In this document: positions 28,395 to 38,332 of the stretch, one piece after another
Position numbering within the stretch: the first letter of the stretch is position 1
Layout: every line of letters begins with the position of its first letter
Virus record (IMG/VR): IMGVR_UViG_3300025770_000870
Location: 62,001 to 126,000 of that record
DNA length: 64,000 nucleotides
Direction: 5' to 3' (one strand)
Notes under the pieces: model-generated
What the model was told of the DNA's origin: nothing
The model's database searches: none
What the model saw: only the letters and a program-made list of their open reading frames with translations
Translations under genes and position numbers: made by a program

Positions 28395-29861
28395 ATGAAA
28401 TCTTACACAGAGTTTCTTTTAGAAAAAAAGGAAAATGATTTATTGGAATTACTCAATGAGGCTGTATTTATTATGGCACCGGAAATGAGTGATATAATAG
28501 ATGAGTTATATAATAGTGAAGAGGGTTATTCTAAAATAGCTAAATGTTTCTATATGTTAGATATGGAAGACATAGACACTCAGATAAGTTATCTAAACTT
28601 AGGAGATGATAATTCAACTATAACATTCCTAAAACCAGAAAAAGTTGATAAGATAAGAAAGGAAAAAGAATGGACAATAAATGATGTGTGGGTAAATGTC
28701 AAAGGTAATGGTATTAGAGTTGGGAGGTTAACTAGAAAGGTTATCGAACTTTATAATAAATCAAGAAGTGTAAAAACCACTAAAGCGACTAATTCTTCCA
28801 TAAGTGATGTTAAATTTACAGATCAAGAAATCGAGAAGTTTGTAAATGCTTACAAATCTCAATATGATTTTAATAATAATATAATGGATAATTTTAGTTT
28901 AGTATCAAGTGAAGATGATATTAAAGAAGCTTATTTAGAAGATAATTATTATAGTGGTGATGGTACACTTGGTGGTTCTTGTATGAGAAACGATGATGCT
29001 CAAAATTACCTTGAATTATATCATAATACATCAGTAAATCTATTGGTATTGAAATCAGCAAATAATAAAATTATGGGAAGATCTGTTATATGGACCCTAA
29101 GTGATGGTAGGAAATTTATGGATAGAACTTACACGAATAGAGATTCTGATGTTGATTTGTTTATAAAATATGCTCAAGAGAATAGATATATTTATAAAGC
29201 GGAACAAGACTCACGAGCCCACACTTATTTTTATGAACCTGGTGATAATTATAACAACAGCTCATTTATACAATTGGAATCAAAAGTTTATGAATTTAGT
29301 ATTGGTAATAATGGGGGCGAGGAATTTCCTTATATGGACACAATGAAATATCTTTACTGGGAAGAAGGTATTATACGCAATTATAAAGATAAATCAAATT
29401 ATTATATCAAATTGGAAGATGTTGATGGTTGGTGTGATTGTGCTGAATGTGATGGCGAAGGTAGAGAAGAATGTAATAAGTGTGATGGTGATGGTAACAA
29501 TACATGTGAAGATTGTCGTGGGTATGGGTATGAGGAATGTAGTAGATGTAATGGATATGGTGATAATATGTGTAAAGAATGTGATGGTGATGAGGAAGTT
29601 GAGTGTGAAGAATGTGATGGTGAAGGTTATATAGATGGGGAAACGTGTGGTACTTGTGGTGGATCCAGTAAGGTTACTTGTGTTACTTGTGATGGATATG
29701 GTACAGAAAATTGTTCAAATTGTGATGGTGATGGTAGAGAAGAATGTGGTGAGTGTAATAACAACGGAACAATTGAATGTGAGACTTGTGATGGTGATGG
29801 TGAAGGTGAATGTAGTAGATGTGGGGGATATTCTCATAGAGATTTTTTTGTTAGTAATTGA
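28395..29861 (+). CDS. Leader-tagged protein with SCM/FMDRxY domain and 12 DnaJ-type CxxCxGxG repeats
   Basis: MKSYTEFLLE; GTLGGSCM; GRSVIW..DGRKFMDR; paralog of ORF 39078. Confidence 0.8.
   Translation: MKSYTEFLLEKKENDLLELLNEAVFIMAPEMSDIIDELYNSEEGYSKIAKCFYMLDMEDIDTQISYLNLGDDNSTITFLKPEKVDKIRKEKEWTINDVWVNVKGNGIRVGRLTRKVIELYNKSRSVKTTKATNSSISDVKFTDQEIEKFVNAYKSQYDFNNNIMDNFSLVSSEDDIKEAYLEDNYYSGDGTLGGSCMRNDDAQNYLELYHNTSVNLLVLKSANNKIMGRSVIWTLSDGRKFMDRTYTNRDSDVDLFIKYAQENRYIYKAEQDSRAHTYFYEPGDNYNNSSFIQLESKVYEFSIGNNGGEEFPYMDTMKYLYWEEGIIRNYKDKSNYYIKLEDVDGWCDCAECDGEGREECNKCDGDGNNTCEDCRGYGYEECSRCNGYGDNMCKECDGDEEVECEECDGEGYIDGETCGTCGGSSKVTCVTCDGYGTENCSNCDGDGREECGECNNNGTIECETCDGDGEGECSRCGGYSHRDFFVSN
29694..29730. 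repeat. 37-bp perfect inverted repeat with 39245-39281
   Basis: GGATATGGTACAGAAAATTGTTCAAATTGTGATGGTG, in frame in both Zn-finger paralogs. Confidence 0.85.
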
Positions 29862-29862
29862 T

Positions 29863-29979
29863 CAAGAAGAATTTGATTATTTATCAAACACATACACAAT
29901 TCTATATTAGAGGATCATAAATTCAACATATTAGTTGATAAGACAGAAAACGGAACAAAAAATAAAAATTAAAAGATGA
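29863..29979 (+). pseudogene. Probable histidine-kinase C-terminal relic
   Basis: QEEFDYLS.TYT / ILEDHKFNILVDKTENGTK / IKIKR* in shifting frames; stop overlaps the response-regulator start. Confidence 0.45.
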
Positions 29980-30410
29980 TAGATTCAATTTTATTAGTGG
30001 ATGATGAAGACTTATTTCACTTGGTTTTCGAAGATGCGTGTAGCTTATTAGATATAACGTTATCATTAGAAAGTTTAACATCTGCTGATGAAGCAGAAAA
30101 TCTATTCAAAGAATATTTTCAAAATAAAAATATCGATAAACCAGAATGTGTATTCGTAGATTTGAATATAATCGGATCATCATTCGATGGTATAGAATTA
30201 ATTAGAAAGATTAATTTCGAATATGGTAATGGTGTTGTTCTTGGTATAATTTCATCATCAGGTGAAGTAGAAGAGCAATCAAAGGCTATAGGGGCTGGTG
30301 CTCAATTCTGGATAATTAAATCAGATGATATAGAACCTAGATTGGAAGAGTTTAGAAAGGACTACAAAGGTTATAAGAACCGAACAAACCCATTTAAAAT
30401 ATATAAATAA
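29976..30410 (+). CDS. Stand-alone response regulator receiver
   Basis: ILLVDDE, FVDLN (phospho-Asp), DGIELIRKI, ISSS, IIK. Confidence 0.9.
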   Translation: MIDSILLVDDEDLFHLVFEDACSLLDITLSLESLTSADEAENLFKEYFQNKNIDKPECVFVDLNIIGSSFDGIELIRKINFEYGNGVVLGIISSSGEVEEQSKAIGAGAQFWIIKSDDIEPRLEEFRKDYKGYKNRTNPFKIYK

Positions 30411-30412
30411 TA

Positions 30413-31093
30413 ATGAAAATTAAAGTTGATAAAGGAACTAGGAAACAATTACTTGATATCTATAAATCAAAAAGGATTTATTTAGAGGGTAATATTTTGA
30501 AGTTAATTGATTGTGATGGTGATGAAGAATTTCAACTTTATGTGGAGGCCGCTATCAATAAAGATAAGGAGGTAAGAAGGAAAAGATTAGATATAACCAA
30601 AAGAGTACAGTCACAGAATACTGAACTAGTAAATGGTCAGAATGAAAATGATAGAGTAAATAAACAACTAATAAAAGCTTTAGATGAAGCTGAAAAATCT
30701 AAATCTCGAGCAGTTAGTGCGAAGGATGAAGCAGAGAAATCTAAAGATGAGGCTAATGAATTGAGATTAGAAGCAGAGGAAGCGAGGGTAGAATCTGAAA
30801 AAGCTAGAATGGAATCTGATAACGCTAAAAATTCTGCTGAAAATGATTTAGAATTAATACAAAAGAAAAGTCAATTTGAATTAATAGGCACGATTGTTAA
30901 AGTTTCACTTTGGGTTATTTTGGGAGTTGGTGTATCAACAACTTTAATATACACAACAGCTTTATTCTTAGGTGTGGATACAACCGGATTATTTACAACT
31001 TGGAGCAATATAATTGGTATTTTATTAACAAATTCATTTAGTATAATTGGTACGATAATGGGTGTTAAATATGCACTTGGTAATAAGGAATAA
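30413..31093 (+). CDS. Coiled-coil protein with two C-terminal TM helices
   Basis: AEKSK-type coiled-coil repeats; 2 TM. Confidence 0.75.
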   Translation: MKIKVDKGTRKQLLDIYKSKRIYLEGNILKLIDCDGDEEFQLYVEAAINKDKEVRRKRLDITKRVQSQNTELVNGQNENDRVNKQLIKALDEAEKSKSRAVSAKDEAEKSKDEANELRLEAEEARVESEKARMESDNAKNSAENDLELIQKKSQFELIGTIVKVSLWVILGVGVSTTLIYTTALFLGVDTTGLFTTWSNIIGILLTNSFSIIGTIMGVKYALGNKE

Positions 31094-31102
31094 AATATAG
31101 TT

Positions 31103-31381
31103 TTAGATATTTAATCTTTTGTATTTTTTTGATTCTACCCAACGAACTATAAATCTACCAGATCCACTATATCTTGAGTTAGTATCACATATAAGTTTAT
31201 TTGTTTTTTTATTGAATTTAAAATCCACCTTTCTAAGTTCATCACATACGACTTGTGATACTTTTAGTACATATATTTTCTTACCGACTCCAAAATCGTA
31301 ACAAAAGAGACCGTTCAGTCCTCTCATCTCAATGAAACTAGATTTTGAGTTATTCTTAACTGCACTAGAAAGTAAATTCAT
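31103..31381 (-). CDS. Hypothetical protein
   Basis: 92-aa ORF. Confidence 0.55.
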   Translation of the reverse strand: MNLLSSAVKNNSKSSFIEMRGLNGLFCYDFGVGKKIYVLKVSQVVCDELRKVDFKFNKKTNKLICDTNSRYSGSGRFIVRWVESKKYKRLNI

Positions 31382-31605
31382 ATTTTATGTAATAATTTAT
31401 GTAATATTCTAAGTTGTGATAAATCTGAATTTGCATCCTCAACACTCTTATAAAGAAATAATATTTTTTCAGTATTACTCTTTTTATATTCTAGTCTAAA
31501 TTCATCATCTATTAGAATTACTTTCATGTCATTTAATGAATTCTGATCTCTTAGAATTTCATAGAAGTCTGTCTGGAAGGCGTAATTTTTTAGTTTTTGT
31601 AACAT
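31378..31605 (-). CDS. Hypothetical protein
   Basis: 75-aa ORF; ATGA overlap. Confidence 0.6.
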   Translation of the reverse strand: MLQKLKNYAFQTDFYEILRDQNSLNDMKVILIDDEFRLEYKKSNTEKILFLYKSVEDANSDLSQLRILHKLLHKI

Positions 31606-31744
31606 AATTATTTTTTATAAAGATAGGTATGTTATTATTACTAAAGAAATTTAAAAAGTTTTAATTATTTATACACATATAAAAAATTATACTAATCTAT
31701 ATAATTCATAATATTTGTATATATTTGATATAAATACAATTCAA

Positions 31745-31942
31745 ATGAATAAATTTAAGAAAGGACAAAGAGTATTTTACCTTTTGATGGGTAGTACTTG
31801 TCAATCGAATATTGTGGATTTTTATACTAAAGATGGTATAATCTTTTACGTTGATGATTTATTTGATAATATTAAAGAATTTTATTTATTCACGAATAGA
31901 AAGAGTTGTATAGAATTTCACCAAAATAGTTTTAAAAGTTAA
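31745..31942 (+). CDS. Hypothetical protein
   Basis: MNKFKKGQRVFY; TATATTTG at 31720-31727. Confidence 0.6.
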   Translation: MNKFKKGQRVFYLLMGSTCQSNIVDFYTKDGIIFYVDDLFDNIKEFYLFTNRKSCIEFHQNSFKS

Positions 31943-31952
31943 TATATACAAT

Positions 31953-32153
31953 ATGAAAAATATAAAAACATTTGAAAACTACGAGTACGAAAATTTCACA
32001 TATAGTGATATGGAATTCGCTAAAGAATTATACGAAGAAGGTATGACTGACCCAAAAGACATTGCTAGAGAAATGGATTGGAAAGATGATATGGATGAAG
32101 CAACAGTTAAACAGATGATATACACAATGAAAAAAAGTGGAGAGATAACATGA
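31953..32153 (+). CDS. Leader-tagged small HTH-like protein
   Basis: MKNIKTFEN; TAATATATA at 31940-31948. Confidence 0.7.
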   Translation: MKNIKTFENYEYENFTYSDMEFAKELYEEGMTDPKDIAREMDWKDDMDEATVKQMIYTMKKSGEIT

Positions 32154-32623
32154 AATATTTAAAGAAATTTGATAAAATAGATGAGTCTATTCATGATGGG
32201 ATGGTAAATGTTATTAGAAATATTCTAAGAGAAACTTATGACTCTAATAATGAGGCTAGTATAACTGATGTTATAAATAAATTTGCTGATAAATTATTCA
32301 TTGATGTTTCTGATAGAGAAGCTTTCTCAACTAGTATAATCGGTGAGATTATGGAAGAAAGTTTAAATGAATCTAGGATATATGACTATAAAATACTACC
32401 GGATGAAGCCTTAAAGGAATTAGAGATGTATGTTGATTATAATGATACTGATAATAAAATAGAGGTTGTTCCGGATCCAAGAGTTGATGGGTCTTTTGCT
32501 GTTAAAGTTTATAGAATAAATGATGACTATACTTTCCATTTATTGTGGAACAGAGGTGCTTATGATGAGGTTGAGTTTGATACATTCCCACCAATATCAA
32601 GTGACTTAAAGTTTTTTACCTGA
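32150..32623 (+). CDS. Leader-tagged hypothetical protein
   Basis: MKYLKKFDKIDES; internal SLNES site. Confidence 0.75.
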   Translation: MKYLKKFDKIDESIHDGMVNVIRNILRETYDSNNEASITDVINKFADKLFIDVSDREAFSTSIIGEIMEESLNESRIYDYKILPDEALKELEMYVDYNDTDNKIEVVPDPRVDGSFAVKVYRINDDYTFHLLWNRGAYDEVEFDTFPPISSDLKFFT

Positions 32624-32647
32624 TAAAAAATCATAATAATATAACAA

Positions 32648-33043
32648 ATGAAAACTTTAAATAAATTAAAATTATACGAGGAGTTTGTGGAAGAACCAAC
32701 TATTAATCATTCATATATAAAGGCTAAGATGAAAGAATTATCTGAGTTAGTAAACTATACCTTAAAAAGTGATTTTGATAAAGGCGCTCATTTTGAATAT
32801 GGTATAACAGAAGATGATGTAGAAATTACATTGGTGTATAGAAATCACGAAATAGAGAATTCTATAACATTACAGATACTTTTTAACCTAGACTCATTGA
32901 TATTAGGATTCTATATGGGAGGTCCTGTTGACTATGAGGGCCACGAAGAACACTTTAGGGTGTCTTCAATAGAAGAAGGTATGGAATGTATAGAAAAGAA
33001 AATTTACGACGCTATAGGTGTCTCTGAGAAGAAAGAAATATGA
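32648..33043 (+). CDS. Leader-tagged hypothetical protein
   Basis: KLKLYEEFVEE. Confidence 0.75.
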   Translation: MKTLNKLKLYEEFVEEPTINHSYIKAKMKELSELVNYTLKSDFDKGAHFEYGITEDDVEITLVYRNHEIENSITLQILFNLDSLILGFYMGGPVDYEGHEEHFRVSSIEEGMECIEKKIYDAIGVSEKKEI

Positions 33044-33921
33044 AACACTTAACAACACATAACGAAGGTTTATTCAATTGGAGAAGAAATAGGGGTAAGG
33101 AACCTTTACATAGAGGATTCTCTAAAGATGATATGTACATATCCAGTGGTATTGGATATAAGAAAAGGATTGGTACATCACAATTAAAGGATTCTAATAC
33201 TTTTTACTCTATCCGTTTTCCTGATATGTCTTTAAATATGATAAAACAACACATAGTTTCTAAGAGAGATATTCATTCTAAAGGTATATTTGGTGACTTT
33301 GGTAGTTATAGAACAGACGGGCCTCGATATAGAGAAAAGAGTTGGGTTAAGAGCACATCTGTTTGGTATGATTGTGGGAATATATTTAACTCTCTTAGAA
33401 ATATATCAGATCAATGTGGGTATAGTTTGAATCAGTCTGTTCATGTTACATCTACACAAAAAGATACTAAGATAGTAGAAATAGTAAACTTTTCTTTTTA
33501 TAAATTAACTGGTATTTTATCAGATGGTATTGATGAATGTTTAACACTTTTATATAAGGTTGAAGAAGATGATAATTATTATCAGATAGGTCAGATAGAA
33601 AAAATAGAAGATAGTCCAGAAAGAAATATAGTGGATGAGGTTATAGAGGAAAATTTCTTGGAACTTATGGATGATGGTTTAATTACCTTTAAATCAGAGG
33701 AAATAAAAATAAAGGGTGTTGTTAATTATAAATGTTATGTTAAAGTATCAAAAGATATGACACCACAAGTTCTATTTAAGATATCAGAATGTTTATTAGT
33801 TGCTGCTCAAAGGTTGAATGATATTAACATTGATATTGATATAAAGTCTATGCAACATTCAGAAGATAGAAATACAAGAACTGGTACAACTGATATTGAG
33901 TTTACTGCTATTCAAAGATAA
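33040..33921 (+). CDS. Leader-tagged protein with C-terminal paralog-family domain
   Basis: MKHLTTHNEG; IEENFLELMDDG. Confidence 0.75.
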   Translation: MKHLTTHNEGLFNWRRNRGKEPLHRGFSKDDMYISSGIGYKKRIGTSQLKDSNTFYSIRFPDMSLNMIKQHIVSKRDIHSKGIFGDFGSYRTDGPRYREKSWVKSTSVWYDCGNIFNSLRNISDQCGYSLNQSVHVTSTQKDTKIVEIVNFSFYKLTGILSDGIDECLTLLYKVEEDDNYYQIGQIEKIEDSPERNIVDEVIEENFLELMDDGLITFKSEEIKIKGVVNYKCYVKVSKDMTPQVLFKISECLLVAAQRLNDINIDIDIKSMQHSEDRNTRTGTTDIEFTAIQR

Positions 33922-34453
33922 ATCCTAAATCTCTTAGTCTATCACCGTGGTCAAAAGCAAATCCATTTTTATTCATTTGATTTAATTCTTCAATCGAAAA
34001 CCATCTAGCTGATTGAGCATCATCCATACCGATTATATTGTTACCCATATCTCCAGGAATCTCAACAGTAAACGAATGAGCTTCTACCCATGATGTATCA
34101 CTATTTCTAGGATCTCTATTCTTATCATCAAAAACTCCTAATAGTTTGAATTTAGAATCTTCTATTTCCGATAGGTCTAATCCCGTCTCTTCTAGAATTT
34201 CTCTTTTACCAGCTTGTAACTCAGTCTCTAACCCAGGTTCCCATTCATTACCCCGATTAGCAGTAGTATCAACAAAACCACCAGGAATACTCCATTTATT
34301 TGGTTCTGCCTTAACAGACTCACCTCTTTGTATTAATAATACTTGTTGTGTACCATCAACTGTTCTAGTTACGATAGTATCAGCGGTTGGGTTTGGACCA
34401 ACATATCTTAATGATGGCTTGTCGAATGACTCAAATGTTTTTACAAATTTCAT
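33908..34453 (-). CDS. Leader-tagged NUDIX hydrolase (ADP-ribose pyrophosphatase-like)
   Basis: MKFVKTFESF; WSIPGGFVD...REILEETGL; RDPR; DDA; AFDH. Confidence 0.92.
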   Translation of the reverse strand: MKFVKTFESFDKPSLRYVGPNPTADTIVTRTVDGTQQVLLIQRGESVKAEPNKWSIPGGFVDTTANRGNEWEPGLETELQAGKREILEETGLDLSEIEDSKFKLLGVFDDKNRDPRNSDTSWVEAHSFTVEIPGDMGNNIIGMDDAQSARWFSIEELNQMNKNGFAFDHGDRLRDLGFIFE

Positions 34454-34477
34454 AGTGTATATATTATAAAATTTTTA

Positions 34478-34485
34478 TATATTTG
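34478..34485 (+). promoter_or_regulatory. Bacteroidota sigma70 -7 element TAnnTTTG (representative of ~14 copies seen)
   Basis: TATATTTG/TATCTTTG 4-5 nt before starts at 19277, 23114, 24307, 25061, 34490, 37919 and 43502. Confidence 0.75.
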
Positions 34486-34489
34486 TAGG

Positions 34490-34912
34490 ATGAGTAAATT
34501 ATACGGAGTTGCTTTAATAACCAATTCCAAAATTAGAGATTTGATATTGAGTTATGTTTTAGACGAAGAATCATTCAACAAGAATGATTATGTTTATGAT
34601 GGTGAGTATGATTATATTATTGATATCAATAACACACTCAATACAGATATCTCTAGATATACAAAGGTTTATAAAACATTAAATGGGGCTAAAAGACTAA
34701 GAGATAGTTTTGGAACAGATTCAGTAATGAGACTAAGGTACGCCATACCAGCAGGTGTTGGTTGGAAACGAGAATATAATACACCGACACATCAAGCTGT
34801 TATTATTGATATAACAAAAAAGTGGGATGATATAATCGATAAAAGAATTGAAGAACGTACTAAAATCTTTAATAAAGATATAGAGAGGTTAAAATCAAAG
34901 AAGTCCAAATAA
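34490..34912 (+). CDS. Hypothetical protein
   Basis: TATATTTG 4 nt before ATG. Confidence 0.7.
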   Translation: MSKLYGVALITNSKIRDLILSYVLDEESFNKNDYVYDGEYDYIIDINNTLNTDISRYTKVYKTLNGAKRLRDSFGTDSVMRLRYAIPAGVGWKREYNTPTHQAVIIDITKKWDDIIDKRIEERTKIFNKDIERLKSKKSK

Positions 34913-35320
34913 CAAGTAAGCAACTTGTATAATCAACCCAATAATCATAAAAATAGTTCTATTTCTATAAGTCATTATCTTTGTTAACTTAGCAGTTGAA
35001 GTTGTTGATTGTGATTTCCATTTTAATGGATAAACTTTAGAATCTATTCTATTTCTAGTAACATAATAACTTCCATTATGGAAGAAACTAAATACTAAAG
35101 CCATACCAACAGTATTTAGTATAGAGAACCACCCAATGGTAAATGATAACATAACTCCTATTAATATAAGTATTATACCTCTTTGTGATGCGAACACAGG
35201 GTGTATTTCAAAGTCATTTTTAGATTTTGAAATTCCCTTGAAATACCAATAAAAACCTTCTCTAAATCCCTCTAACATTGAATATAATATCCAAAGTATA
35301 TTTGTTATTAATACTATCAT
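34895..35320 (-). CDS. Membrane protein
   Basis: Three to four hydrophobic segments. Confidence 0.7.
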   Translation of the reverse strand: MIVLITNILWILYSMLEGFREGFYWYFKGISKSKNDFEIHPVFASQRGIILILIGVMLSFTIGWFSILNTVGMALVFSFFHNGSYYVTRNRIDSKVYPLKWKSQSTTSTAKLTKIMTYRNRTIFMIIGLIIQVAYLLFGLL

Positions 35321-35325
35321 AATTA

Positions 35326-36339
35326 TTATTTTTCTACTTTTACTCTAAAGTACAATTCATAAACATCAAAGACTTTAGTAACATCTCTTGAAAATCTTTT
35401 TGGTTCAGTAACAATCTTAAATGTTTTTTGTTCTTCATACCAATAAAATATTGTTATTAATATATTACCATCATTATCAATAATCTTATATCCCCGCTCG
35501 GCACTATGTGATTGTATATGTGGTCTAGATGCTTTAACTGGTACTAATTTTAATTCATGGCTTTCGATTTTACTGTAAAACTTAGTAACCCAAGTGTTGA
35601 ATAAAGACATTAGTTGTTCTCTATTATCAGATTTACCACTATCCATAGCAGTTTTTATAGCCCATTCCGATGGTAGTAAATCATTATTTAATATTCTTAT
35701 TTCATTTGGTAAAGTTCTAAGTTGTGCTTTATATTCATAAGTATCACCACTTGGTCTTCTCCAAGTAGAATCGAAACTTAATGAATACCCTTCTATTCGA
35801 GCACCATCTAGGTCACGGTACCTAACACCTCTGTGGTGATGGTCATCCACTATCTGTAAAGATTTTAATATATCTTCTACACCTTCATAATTAATAAAGG
35901 AATCACTTTGCTCTCTATCGAAAATTATTCTTATTGTAATATGATTTATATTTCTAATTGAATAATACACACTGGCTTTACCATCAAGCATTGATTTTAT
36001 CCTATGTATTGAGTTATAGATAGAGTCTATTATATTTAACTCTGATTCGAAATAAACACTCCCATTCCAATTCCTAACATCACCAGATCCACCATCAGAT
36101 ATAGATTTATCATTAATCGTTCTATCAAGTTCTATTTCGATACCTGGATAATAATCTTTAACATCTCTAGTTCTTCTGTGTGGGTAACCTGTTGATAGTG
36201 ATATGTAAACAGGATCTATCATATAAGTATATCCCAAATCAACCATATCGATAAATATTTCCTCGATATTATCATCATCAGCATTTATTCTTGATAACAA
36301 GTCTTCTTTACTTTCTAATATTTGGGAAAATTTTCTCAC
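35326..36339 (-). CDS. Leader-tagged paralog-family protein (long form)
   Basis: GTG start RKFSQILES; IEEIFIDMVDLGY; TAATATATA at 36345-36353. Confidence 0.75.
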   Translation of the reverse strand: MRKFSQILESKEDLLSRINADDDNIEEIFIDMVDLGYTYMIDPVYISLSTGYPHRRTRDVKDYYPGIEIELDRTINDKSISDGGSGDVRNWNGSVYFESELNIIDSIYNSIHRIKSMLDGKASVYYSIRNINHITIRIIFDREQSDSFINYEGVEDILKSLQIVDDHHHRGVRYRDLDGARIEGYSLSFDSTWRRPSGDTYEYKAQLRTLPNEIRILNNDLLPSEWAIKTAMDSGKSDNREQLMSLFNTWVTKFYSKIESHELKLVPVKASRPHIQSHSAERGYKIIDNDGNILITIFYWYEEQKTFKIVTEPKRFSRDVTKVFDVYELYFRVKVEK

Positions 36340-36373
36340 ATAGATATATATTAAAATAAATCTATTTAAATTG

Positions 36374-36402
36374 AAAAACCCACCGTTACAGCGGTGGGTT
36401 TT
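36374..36402. terminator. Intrinsic terminator
   Basis: AAAACCCACCG-loop-CGGTGGGTTTT. Confidence 0.85.
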
Positions 36403-36405
36403 ATT

Positions 36406-36517
36406 AACTCCTCGTTACAAGTATTAACTATTTTCTTACACCTGAGAACTTGCTAAACCTGGACTCACGGATTCACTTTTCAAGTAGAAAAGCTAACATC
36501 GTGTTAGAGAAGGAAAT
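36406..36517 (-). ncRNA. 6S RNA-like (Flavobacteria-type) long imperfect hairpin
   Basis: Own TATATTTG promoter (36565-36572) and terminator; rod fold TTCCT/AGGAG, TGTTAGCT-TTTCT/AGAAA-AGTTAATA, ACTTGA/TCAGGT, TGAATC/GGTTTA; no ORF. Confidence 0.6.
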
Positions 36518-36650
36518 GAATTAAAGTTGTTTAATTCTGAATGTCTTTCTTTTTATTTATATTACAAATATAGTGAAAAGTTTTTAATAAAAAATAAAAT
36601 TTTACATTTTTAATATATAATACTCATATTAGTTAAAATAAAAACAATAA

Positions 36651-37040
36651 ATGGGTCATATAGAGAAATTTAAGAGTTTTAGTAGAAGAAAAGTGGATAA
36701 AATAAGGAATCTTACTTGGGATGATGTTAAATCATTCGGTAATAAGAGTTGGGTTTACCTTAAACGTGAGAGTGATGAGACAAAACAAGCCGCTATGATT
36801 CTAAACAAAATGATATCTGGTAAAGATGTTACTAACAACGAAAAGAAATTCTTAAAAGAACAGAGCAAAGACCTTGTTAGGATAATATCAACCGGTGCTT
36901 TACCTATACCAATCACAGCTATCTTGGTATCTCTTGGTAAGAAATATAATTTTGAAGTTTTTCCTGGTGATCAAAAAGAATTAAAAGCTCTTATCGAAAA
37001 GGAAAAGGAAGAGTTGGGTGTTGCTATCGAAGAAGAATAA
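36651..37040 (+). CDS. Leader-tagged LETM1-like protein
   Basis: MGHIEKFKSF; ETKQA...EKKFLKEQSKDL.R...LP pattern. Confidence 0.55.
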   Translation: MGHIEKFKSFSRRKVDKIRNLTWDDVKSFGNKSWVYLKRESDETKQAAMILNKMISGKDVTNNEKKFLKEQSKDLVRIISTGALPIPITAILVSLGKKYNFEVFPGDQKELKALIEKEKEELGVAIEEE

Positions 37041-37073
37041 TTAAACCACCAATATTATCGGTGGTCTAAACTA

Positions 37074-37832
37074 TTATTTTAAGTGGGGTAATACTTCTTT
37101 TGCGTAGTAATCATCAAACCCTTCAAGTAATCCAGTAATTGGAGTACTCTTATCAGTTATAATGATTTCATCAATGAAACCAAAGTCTAAAGCTTCTTGT
37201 GAGTTTAACCACTTATCTCTTCTAGCACTTTCTAATACTTCATCAAAAGATTTACCACTATTCTCAGCTAACATCTTAAATAAGATATAATTATACTTCT
37301 CAGATTCCATTTGTGAGATGCGATTATCAGCAACATGTCCTTGTGCACCACTCGATACTTGGTGAATCATAACCTTTGAGAAATTCAAAGATGAACGTTT
37401 GCCTTTTGTACCAGATGATAATAGAATAGAACCCATAGATGCTGCCATACCTGTGTTGATAGTTTCAATATCACAATCGATATATCTCATTACATCAACC
37501 ATAGATAATCCACTTTTAACTGAACCACCTGGTGAATCAATGTGCATCCTAATATCTCTTTTCTCCGCTGCTCCTTCTTCTACGGAATCAAGATACATCA
37601 ATTGTGCTTGTACAACAGTTGACATATTATCATTCACAACACCAGCAACCCATAAAATTCTTTCTCTCATTAATCTAGAGAAAATATCCATTTGAGTTAC
37701 TCTCATTTCTCTTTCTTCAAGTATGTATGGTGTCATACTATTCTCCATTTGTTTTTGGTAATAGTGTAAGTTCATAGAAGATAACCCCTCACTCTTTGCG
37801 TACTTATTAAAATCTTTCCCGTAATCTATCAT
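37074..37832 (-). CDS. clpP: ATP-dependent Clp protease proteolytic subunit
   Basis: MDIFSRLMRERIL, SPGGSV, AASMGS, MIHQ, EALDFGFID. Confidence 0.97.
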   Translation of the reverse strand: MIDYGKDFNKYAKSEGLSSMNLHYYQKQMENSMTPYILEEREMRVTQMDIFSRLMRERILWVAGVVNDNMSTVVQAQLMYLDSVEEGAAEKRDIRMHIDSPGGSVKSGLSMVDVMRYIDCDIETINTGMAASMGSILLSSGTKGKRSSLNFSKVMIHQVSSGAQGHVADNRISQMESEKYNYILFKMLAENSGKSFDEVLESARRDKWLNSQEALDFGFIDEIIITDKSTPITGLLEGFDDYYAKEVLPHLK

Positions 37833-37918
37833 ATTTCTTAATTTAGTTATTAATCATATAAAGAATAATCAAAAAAGTTTAATTGTTATTTAATTACTTT
37901 ATCCTTATATTTGTGATT

Positions 37919-38227
37919 GTGAAAAAGAGTTTAATACTTAAAGGTAAGAGTGAAATCGATAATTTGTTTACAACTGGGTATCCAGTTTCAAGTGATTTTG
38001 TATTTGCTAAAGTTTTATCTTCTGATTCAACTAAATTCCTATTCGCTGTTTCATCTAAGAAATTTAGAAGAGCAGTTGATAGAAATAGAATAAAAAGGTT
38101 GATGAGAGAAGTTACTCGTAAAATAGATATAAGTGGTGTTAAAATTGCTTTTATCTACACCGGAAAATATTTACCGACATACTCAGAAGTAGAATTATCC
38201 ATCAAATCAATAATCGGTAAAATATGA
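37919..38227 (+). CDS. rnpA: Ribonuclease P protein component
   Basis: VSSKKFRRAVDRNRIKRLMRE (RNR motif); GTG start 5 nt after TATATTTG. Confidence 0.9.
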   Translation: MKKSLILKGKSEIDNLFTTGYPVSSDFVFAKVLSSDSTKFLFAVSSKKFRRAVDRNRIKRLMREVTRKIDISGVKIAFIYTGKYLPTYSEVELSIKSIIGKI

Positions 38228-38332
38228 CATATTAAGGAATCTTAACAATATAGTAACAATAAGATAGCACCATTTTATACATTTTTTTGACTTTTAGGTA
38301 TATATAAAATCAAATAAAAATGTATAAAATAA

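Noticed and set aside
28395-29861. dnaJ
   Set aside because: CxxCxGxG repeats are present but there is no HPD J-domain or DnaJ C-terminal domain.
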